A stretch of DNA of 64,000 nucleotides from positions 992,001 through 1,056,000 of the forward strand of contig OY759599.1 in the NCBI GenBank assembly GCA_963662465.1, in the 5' to 3' direction. The notes beneath the pieces were generated by a model. That model saw only the letters and a program-made list of their open reading frames with translations. It did no database searches and was not told the origin of the DNA. The stretch is from Desulfatiglandales bacterium (GTDB lineage Bacteria > Desulfobacterota > DSM-4660 > Desulfatiglandales > Desulfatiglandaceae). The stretch's first letter is position 1, and the number at the start of each line of letters is the position of its first letter. Below, piece after piece: positions 56,408 to 64,000 of the stretch. A program made the position numbers and the translations under genes.

Positions 56408-58622
56408 TTGGAAAATCAACCATCAACTATTCCAAACAATCGTGTGTATATGATGACGATGGCCGGTGGGATACTTGAACCCGTTGTTGAGAGTGCGCCC
56501 GATACCAATCAAAGCTGGGAGTACACACTTACCCTGGAGAACGTATCGGAAGAGGTACTCTGGTATTCAGACAGACCCGGGCGGGAATCCGGAAGGGAAA
56601 CAATGGAATTTTTTGTTCAAACCGTATGGCCGGAGGTTTATGTTGAAATCAACCCCAACGCCATCCTGGATGGGTGGATACCGCCAAATACGCTAAACGA
56701 TGGATTGTATTTAATTTTACGGGAACCTCAATATGATTCGGGAGCAAAGAAACTCACCTTCAATGTCACCCTGGAAAATTCCACAATGGATGATAACCAT
56801 CCAGAGCGCCCGATAATTTTTGAGGATATCAAGATCACCGTACTCAACAATAACGAGGACGGAAAAACAGATACTTATTCATTTGTTCAGGTGTCGCCCA
56901 TCGCCTATTTTGAGGAAACGGGAACAGCGGATGTATACAAGCTGTATTTAAACGATGTTTATCCGGAATCATTTTATCTGGCGGACGCACCGGACAGGTT
57001 TTCGTTTATCTATATACGGCGCTTTTCGAGCTGGCCTGGTCCAACCTCTTTGATGATTACCCACCAAACGCTTCCATGACTTCCTACACGGAAACCGGAG
57101 AACTCAAGGTACAGATCGTAACACTCGATAATCCCGTTTATGATGAGGAAAGCAATTTATTGACCTACAGGCAACCCTGTTGTACGGAAAGATTGAAAAC
57201 AAACAGCTACTGAGTTCACCCTCTCTCTTTATTGATGATGTGGGGACAGCAACCTGCGACCAACAAATGGGGGAAACGGGCTTTACCAAACGATTAACCG
57301 TCATTAACAACTGCGGCGAAAATACATGGCTCTATATGAAATATCCGGGCGCCGGTTCCATGCCCGAATAATGGGACTTCTGGAAAAAGTCGTCCGGTGG
57401 GGAAGAGGTTTGGACGGGAGGACAACCGGGGGTCGGCACGGGATATATCAGATCACAAATGAAGATCGGCGTACCCTATCACTTCTGTATTCCGGACAAA
57501 GGGGCCGCCAGCGGCAATTTCCAGATTTTCATGGAACCGTGCAAAAAAACAGGGGATGACTGTATGATCGGCACCATGGTGGGCAGTGACAGGAACGCGG
57601 TCAATACGCTATTTGAATTCACCTTTGGCTGTATGCCCGGTGTTCCCAAGACTTGTAAGCCATCAGAGACCAATTGTTGCTCCAAAAATCCTGTGGCGTC
57701 CACGGAAAACATCACCCCTGTGGACTGGTTCGACATCAGTGCCGTGGCAGGATTCACGGTTCCCATGTACCTGGAAGTCACAAACGCGCAAAAGCTCACA
57801 TGCGATGCCGCATCAAGCGATGCAAGCATGCTGGATATGGGGAGTTGTCCTTCCGAGAACAAACCATGGCCTGAAGGTTACGGCGCCACCATGGCGGCCG
57901 TAGACCCGGCGCCGGCAACCACTTGCAAAAAACCGGCCCCCACTCCCTCGGAACCAAATCCGAAGTACGGTACCTGCACCGGCAATGGGTATGCGCCGTG
58001 CCAAAATGATACGGACTGTACGGACGGGAATACGCAAATGAGAACAATCCTGAATTCGGGGTTCACCCTTTTGACCCAGGACGCTGACGGGTACCAGGGC
58101 TGCGCCTCTCCCTGTCAATATTTGACATCCCACGAACTGGGCGATCCTCCCAAGACCTGGAAAAGTCCCAGTGGCGATATTATGGGAGCCATGAGCGCTT
58201 CGGGCTATCTTCAGAATACACTCCCTTTGAACACGGCATGTTGGTATTGCTGTGCCGGCAAGGCAAGTGCCGATGCCCCCGGAATGGGCGGCATTCAGTG
58301 CGATAAAGGGCCGAACGGATCCGATCCCTCTGCACGATTTCTGCTGACGTTCTGCCCGGGAACGGCCACAGGGGCAAATTATCCATGGGCCACGGGAAGC
58401 AAACCCTATCTCAAAACCCAGGGGTGGAACTGGAAAAACGGCAAATGCACCGCAAGCAACAGCGGTGGCACTTACACATCGCTTTATGGGTGTCAGACAG
58501 CCAACCTAATGTACGAATGCAAAACCGTGTTGTCCGGCAGCGGTGATGTACACCACAAATTCTGTCTGCCGGTGGAAACCGGGGGACAGTCATACGATGC
58601 CTGCAAAATCAGCTGTTATTAG
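56408..58622 (+). pseudogene. Broken gene: two tandem beta-domains plus a Cys-rich thaumatin-like domain
   Basis: Duplicated (S/A)DxPxR…PNA…PxYD..LT domain; LTVINNC..NTW, NTLFEFTF and DWFDISAVAGFTVPM thaumatin motifs. Frameshifts near 57020 and 57170, in-frame TAA at 57369. Confidence 0.7.
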
Positions 58623-58670
58623 GATGTGAGGGTGGAAGAACAGCGAAAATCACAACCGGTATTGCGATTT

Positions 58671-58830
58671 TCATGCTATCCTCCCCTTCTGAAGGAACAG
58701 GGCAACCCCCAAACAGATGGTCACCGCCAGAAAGCACAACAGGAAGGCCTCTTGATAGGCTACCACTGAGTAAACGCCTTCCACACTGCCACTACAACGG
58801 GGGCCCCATCGATCCGCCAAATAACCCACC
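58671..58830 (-). pseudogene. C-terminal remnant of an MFS transporter
   Basis: QPLVGYLADRW…AYQEAFLLCFLAVTICLGVALFL; no start. Confidence 0.5.
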
Positions 58831-58849
58831 AAGGGCTGCTCAAGAGCAT

Positions 58850-58996
58850 ATTTGATACGCTCAAATTCGTTAAGCGGCTTAAACAACCAGGCTGAAGCGC
58901 TTTCAGAAGCCTTTAAAGAATCACAGGAAACAACCATTAAGGACCTTGCAACCAAACAGGACATTGAATTTCTTCACCGCGACATGAAAGAACTTG
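58850..58996 (+). pseudogene. DUF1640/CCDC90-like gene remnant cut by the IS91 elements
   Basis: FDTLKFVKRL and QAEALSEAF…DLATKQDI in different frames. Confidence 0.6.
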
Positions 58997-59301
58997 AAAG
59001 CATAGGCATTTCCATTTTTGATACGCCATATCAAATAGTTGTTGCAGTGATGGCATTAAATGTGTCAAAAAAAACACATTATGCATATGCCATCAAGCCA
59101 AAAAATTGATAAGGAAATTTTCCGGACGATTTTTATTGATCATTGGGAATCATTCAAAGATCATCATCCTGCATATGATAATTCTCAAGATGTTGTCGGA
59201 ATGCTCAAGTCCTATTTTAACAGCGGTGTGGTCGATAAACTTATTGATGAGCTGTGGAATATGCGGAAGGTAGAAAGCCCGCGCGTTAGCGCGCTAAGTT
59301 C
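58997..59301 (+). mobile_element. 305-bp non-autonomous mini-IS91 (internal-deletion derivative)
   Basis: Preceded by CTTG, shares both ends with 59302-60862, ends in GTTC. Confidence 0.88.
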
Positions 59302-59364
59302 AAAGCATAGGAATTTCCATTTTTGATTTGGCATATCAAATAGTTGTTGCAGTGATGGCATTAA

Positions 59365-60699
59365 ATGTGTCAAAAAAAGCACATTATGCATATGCCATCA
59401 AACCAAAAAATTGATAAGGAGACTTTCCGGACGATTTTTATTGATCATTGGGAATCATTCAAAGAGCATCATCCAGGGTATGATAATTCGCAATATGAAG
59501 ATCCGGTTCAGAAAATGCTTGGTTGCGGCAAGGAAAGCGCCGGATATAGCGAGCACCGGTGTGTTTATTGCGGTGGTGATGTTCGCCGGATAGGTTTTAG
59601 TTGCAAGAGCTGTTTTTGTTTATCCTGCGCCAAGAAATATGTTGACGATTTTGTCAGTCAAGTGAGTAGGGTGCTTCATGGGGGCATGAATTACCGTCAC
59701 ATTGTTTTGACAATTCCCGAGCAACTGAGAATCGTTTTTTATAAGGCTCGAAATGATGGACGTTTGTTATCGGCTTTTATGAGATGCGGGTACGAATGTT
59801 TGGAGGATGTTGTCGGAACGGTTCTTCGGCGGAAACTGAAAATAGGAACGATCGTCGTTGTTCAAACGCATGGTCGATCCGGTCATTATAATCCGCATTT
59901 GCATATCATCATGACAAGCGGTGGGATAAATGAAGATCTGTGCGGTTGGTTTGATTTAAGGTTCTTCAAGTATGAGATTATACATAAGAAATGGCAGTAT
60001 CATCTATTCAGAATGCTCAAGTCCCATTTTAACAGCAGTGCGGTCGATAAACTTATTGATGAGCTGTGGAAAAAATACCCTAAAGGTTTGGTAGCCAATG
60101 TGAGCAAGGGTAATGTTCCTGAGACATGTGGGGGTCTGGCGCGATATTTGGCGAAATATGTTGCATCTCCTCCGATAGCTCTGAGACGGATAATCAGTTA
60201 TGATGGCCAATATGTTACCTATTGGTACAATGATCACATGACAAAATCCAGGAAGGTTGAAACCGTGGAAGTGGATGTTTTTATCGGTCGAATGGTTCAA
60301 CACATAATGCCCAAAGGGTTCCAGCGGGTTCGTTATTATGGGCTACAGGCTACGAAAACTTTTAAGAAATGGTCGGAAGTAATACGGAAAGGGATGAAGG
60401 CTTTGGGGCGTGGGATTAAAGGAACGTATCAAGTCGTAAAAGCGAAAAGATATCGAGAACGTTATAAGGAGATCAGCTCTCAAGATCCTTTTTTGTGTCG
60501 TTATTGTGGCCATGAAATGGTGCTATGGAAGATATGGCATCCAAAATATGGAGTTTTATATGACGAATATGAAAACATCAAAAACGACAGGTACGGCACG
60601 GTTACAGGACAAAATGACAGCGGGGGTGGAAGGCGAGGACTTCCCGTTCGGCCCTCCTCCGGAGGAATATCCTTACCGTTGTTCCCATTGCCGGCATGA
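59365..60699 (+). CDS. IS91-family Y2 HUH transposase
   Basis: Zn-binding CKSCFCLSC, HIVLTIP, NPHLHII (HUH), YLAKY (two Tyr), RVRYYG. Confidence 0.95.
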   Translation: MCQKKHIMHMPSNQKIDKETFRTIFIDHWESFKEHHPGYDNSQYEDPVQKMLGCGKESAGYSEHRCVYCGGDVRRIGFSCKSCFCLSCAKKYVDDFVSQVSRVLHGGMNYRHIVLTIPEQLRIVFYKARNDGRLLSAFMRCGYECLEDVVGTVLRRKLKIGTIVVVQTHGRSGHYNPHLHIIMTSGGINEDLCGWFDLRFFKYEIIHKKWQYHLFRMLKSHFNSSAVDKLIDELWKKYPKGLVANVSKGNVPETCGGLARYLAKYVASPPIALRRIISYDGQYVTYWYNDHMTKSRKVETVEVDVFIGRMVQHIMPKGFQRVRYYGLQATKTFKKWSEVIRKGMKALGRGIKGTYQVVKAKRYRERYKEISSQDPFLCRYCGHEMVLWKIWHPKYGVLYDEYENIKNDRYGTVTGQNDSGGGRRGLPVRPSSGGISLPLFPLPA

Positions 60700-60850
60700 A
60701 ATGAAGGTAAATGAAGCGATAATAGACGTCGAGATTGCAAAAGCAGAATATGAAGGAAGGAATGTGGAAGGCTTTATGCCCATTCTCGGTTGCCCTCAGT
60801 GCAATCGAGAAACAATGAAATATGCGCAAGGTAGAAAGCCCGCGCGTTAG
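60614..60850 (+). CDS. Small Zn-ribbon protein inside the IS91 element
   Basis: AGGA RBS, CSHC…CPQC, overlaps the transposase end and stops in the terminal palindrome. Confidence 0.55.
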   Translation: MTAGVEGEDFPFGPPPEEYPYRCSHCRHEMKVNEAIIDVEIAKAEYEGRNVEGFMPILGCPQCNRETMKYAQGRKPAR

Positions 60851-61115
60851 CGCGCTAAGTTCACCAACGAAATATTTTTTGAGAGGAAGGCTTAGAAATA
60901 ATGGCTTTAATCATGAATTAAATAGGACCTTTTCTTCAGGGACAGCACCCCGAATGCGATTCTTTATGGTGCGTTCCCGAAACGATGGATAATTCGTTTA
61001 TTTTATAGGGAAAAATGAGTATCTCCTTGAGTCCATAGAAGGCTACGGGACAGAGCGGATTGCAAGGACGCTTCCTCGATTCCCTTGTCATGCTTAGAGA
61101 TAAAAGTGTTGAATT

Positions 61116-61727
61116 TTGAGTGAATACTCTTTTATAGCAATTGTTTATGATATCCTGCTATTTCCGTTTCTTTGGAATATACGTCACCAGGTGCTAAAAA
61201 TTGTCGCTGAGTTAAAACCGGAGCGAACAATCGATGTTTGCTGCGGTACGGGTAGTCAATTGCGCCTGTTAAAAAAATACGGATTTCATGGCGTCGGCAT
61301 CGATCGCTCGGAATCGATGTTAAAGATGGCGAAAAAGGGGAGAAATGCGCCGGATTGTTTTTTGAGGGATGCGACGGCCACCGATTTCGAGACCGAGACC
61401 TTTGATTTTGCCATGATCATCTTTTCCCTCCACGAAACGGGATGGAAGAATGCTCATGCTATATTGGATGAAACTCAAAGGATATTGAAACCGGGAGGAC
61501 ATGTAATGGTTGTGGATTATGCTTTGGGGAAAGGGGCTCCGAAGATGGCCGAACGTTTCATTGGCTGGATTGAGTTCTTAGCCGGGAAAAACCACCATCG
61601 AAATTTTATCCACTACAAACAGTCCGGCGGATTGAACGTGCTTCTCAGAAACAAATCGCTCTCCCCGGTATTTACAATCTACAAGGGTTACCGGAGCATT
61701 GTCTTAAAAGTCTTGAAAAAGGATTGA
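61116..61727 (+). CDS. Class I SAM-dependent methyltransferase
   Basis: IDVCCGTG, GIDRSESML, RILKPGG. Confidence 0.9.
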   Translation: MSEYSFIAIVYDILLFPFLWNIRHQVLKIVAELKPERTIDVCCGTGSQLRLLKKYGFHGVGIDRSESMLKMAKKGRNAPDCFLRDATATDFETETFDFAMIIFSLHETGWKNAHAILDETQRILKPGGHVMVVDYALGKGAPKMAERFIGWIEFLAGKNHHRNFIHYKQSGGLNVLLRNKSLSPVFTIYKGYRSIVLKVLKKD

Positions 61728-61853
61728 CAAGGTACAAGAACTCCAACATTAAGAATACAGCCATAACCGAAATGGTCACGACATCAGGGTGTCTTGTCGA
61801 GCGACCTTACCTTGGTATTTGTCAGAGTTTTTCTTGCGTTTAACCGGGCTGGG

Positions 61854-62063
61854 TCACCTATATGGTTTAACTGCGTCATTAAAGAATTTAGCTATGATTT
61901 CATATCCTTTTGCATTAGGATGAATTCGATCGCTCATCAATTTTGGGTTGCCTATAATTCCTTTGTAGATATTGGGTATCAAAACAGCCCCAGTTTCTTC
62001 CGCAAGATTTTCATAGGCCTCACCAAAACCTTTGCCCCAGAAAGGGTAGTCAAAGAAGAATCC
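61854..62063 (-). pseudogene. C-terminal remnant of an SGNH/GDSL arylesterase (not in the ORF track)
   Basis: Manual minus-strand translation: YENLAEETGAVLIPNIYKGIIGNPKLMSDRIHPNAKGYEIIA (DxxHPN block V); no start codon. Confidence 0.7.
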
Positions 62064-62243
62064 TCACTCCAAGCTTGAATTAGAATTCATACAACTCATG
62101 TGAAACCATTTGCCCTCACATTTGCTAGAATGGTGCAAATTTGACGTCGACAATTATGTGCAAACCTCCAAGTTATTATCGAGCCCCCTTGTTAGGGGGC
62201 TATCTGAGGCCGCCTGCTATGCGGAAGGCCCCCCCCCCTTAGA

Positions 62244-62570
62244 TTAAGGAATGTAAAAGTACTCAATGTTAGAAATCCCTCCGAGGCCTTCCTGGTTATA
62301 ACTCTGGATACCCACATAGAAACAGTCGCCTGAGACCAGCGTTGTACTAAAGGTATTTGTGTCTCCAAGCTCGATCTGTTCGCTCAATGGTGGCTCAAAA
62401 CGTGTGCCGCGTTCAACCTTTTTATAGAGCAAACAATAGCCATCTGCATCCGTAACCTTGGTCCAATCAAGTGTCAATGCTGTCCCTGAGTTGGTTAACG
62501 TCATCACGGGCGCCTTGGGGCCGCACCGGAAATAGGCAATCCCAATCCGCCGTCCCACAGGTGATGCCAT
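62244..62570 (-). pseudogene. Isolated C-terminal FN3-like domain of a secreted protein
   Basis: APVMTL…LTLDW..V.DADGY.L.Y…FYVGIQSYN…SNIEYF; no signal peptide; MITE just upstream. Confidence 0.5.
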
Positions 62571-62600
62571 TGTAGGGGATCACTGTGGCTGATTTTTTAT

Positions 62601-62755
62601 GGTTCATCGCGGATTAACGTGAAATCGCGCTTTGAGATTGTTTCAGTTCGGGTTGTAGGTGCGACTTCAGTCGCACAGGGTCGGCTTAATGTGCGACTGA
62701 AGTCGCACCTACAATCGGCTCAGAAGCCAAATCTCACGCGAATCCACGATGAGCC
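62601..62755. mobile_element. 155-bp MITE with internal REP doublet, copy 2
   Basis: Near-identical to 16724-16878; 8-bp direct repeat TTTTTTAT on both sides. Confidence 0.92.
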
Positions 62756-63339
62756 TTTTTTATCAGGGTCAATCCGGATCACAAATTCACTTAAGCCTAG
62801 ACTGAACAAGCCGAAACCATAAAGGTAAAGACTTCTTACCCCTCAGGGTATCCCCTGTTGGGGATTGTAGGGAATGAAGAAAGTGAAAAACAGACCATCT
62901 TATAGTTGTCACAGCGTACAAAAAAATTGTACCTTTGTCCCACAGATCGCAGCAGGCGCTGGGATACGTGGAAACCCTGGATGTACAAAATACTTTCAGT
63001 TTCAATGGCGACGACTTCGCATTCCCAGGAAAGGGCGCCCCGTGATTTTTGGAAAGTCTTATGTTGCCGAGATCGACGTCCCGTTCGATGAGATTGACGA
63101 AGGCTGTGTGGTGTCATTTGGGGATACTCTCCAATTTTTGATATAATGGTATTTTCATCCATAAGGAAACCAATGAAGAAATTTACACTTTCCGGATTTC
63201 ACCACTTATCCGTTGTGGTATTGCCTGTTTCCAACATGGAAAAGAATTTCTGCTTCCGGTTTCTTCTTTTTTTGCTCATCCTTCTGTGTGTATGGGGCAA
63301 AAATCAATCTGAAGGGAAGAGATGTTATTTCCCACTGTC

Positions 63340-63692
63340 GGCAGGCCAGGGTGCGAATCGGGGTTTATAAAAGAAGCGCTTTGGAATACTATCTCCGTCA
63401 GTGGTTTCCAAAAGCAGAAGCCGTACCTTACGATAATTTTACTGACCAGGTGCAGGCGCTGCTGAACGGGGAGATTTATTTTGTGATGGATGATGAACTT
63501 GAAGTCGTTCATTACCTGAAAGCCCACCCCGAACTGACCCTGCGATTGGAGGCCATTGTGCTTCCAAACCTTCAGGACCTTATTGCCATCGCCGTGTCCC
63601 CAGACAGTCCCAATCTTCTGGCGCTGTTGAATCTGCTGATCCAATACCGCGACATACCACGACGCATGAAGGATATGCAATCCCTTCGATAG
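63340..63692 (+). pseudogene. C-terminal half of an amino-acid ABC substrate-binding (PBPb) protein
   Basis: RIGVYKRS…FPKAEAVPY…ALLNGEI…IAIAV…LLALLN; N-terminal half missing. Confidence 0.6.
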
Positions 63693-64000
63693 GAATACAT
63701 GCAATGTTGAAAAATATCGTGTCACGTGAAGGGTAACAGGGGAAACGGTATGAGCCGGTCTGAACCGGTATTGCCATTCTTATTCTGGTTCAATGCACGG
63801 CAGTATTCAATCCCGTCGTAAAAATGATACAGCTTTTCGGGGCCTGCGCTACCACTGCCGTTATTTGTTCCCGGCGACTTGAAAATACTAGTGTTGACGT
63901 AACGGATAGGCACTGAATAAGGGCTCATACGCCCCCAAGCGCACGGGGCGTGAGGAGGGGCGAAGGGTGAACGCTCAAGAAGAGGGGAATCGCACTCGAT

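Larger units (their letters stand above)
59302..60862 (+). mobile_element. IS91-family rolling-circle element
   Basis: Preceded by GTTC, starts AAAGCATAGGAATTT, ends with palindrome TTAGCGCGCTAA + GTTC; no TIR. Confidence 0.88.

Noticed and set aside
1..64000. CRISPR array, rRNA, tRNA
   Set aside because: No regularly spaced repeat-spacer array, cas gene or recognisable structural RNA gene was seen.

Overview
Accessory, mobile-element-rich 64-kb region. Gene content and style suggest an anaerobic Desulfobacterota-type chromosome (inference). In order: the 3' end of a DDE transposase and a Y1/RAYT remnant; a run of secreted/lipoprotein genes (HEXXH protein, CBM96-like, TPR+GspG-like, InlB-B-repeat lipoprotein, DUF1566 lipoprotein, Sec-type Rhs plus a small YD partner); a decayed hybrid histidine kinase split by a 4.7-kb IS21-type element; a GntR/AroY-like UbiD/acyl-CoA dehydrogenase locus; a Fic gene; a trimodular NRPS (A-MT-T-C-A-T-C-A-T-TE, predicted N-Me-Phe-Pro-aromatic) followed by an RsbW/PP2C/STAS partner-switching set, with AAA and SNF2 genes inserted between long imperfect duplications; a secreted tail-fibre-like protein; an ECF sigma/CBM48 anti-sigma pair and a broken thaumatin-like gene; an IS91-family element with a tandem mini-copy; and many gene remnants. 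Two copies of a 155-bp MITE with 8-bp TSDs carry a REP doublet. Best candidates for undescribed biology: (1) the IS21-type transposon with a Zn-finger/wHTH/ParB operon upstream of istAB and CT...AG termini; (2) the NRPS apparently co-operonic with a sensor-phosphatase partner switch; (3) an IS91 whose ori-like end lies upstream of the transposase. No rRNA, tRNA or CRISPR array was recognised. All family calls come from motif recognition by eye; no database search was run.
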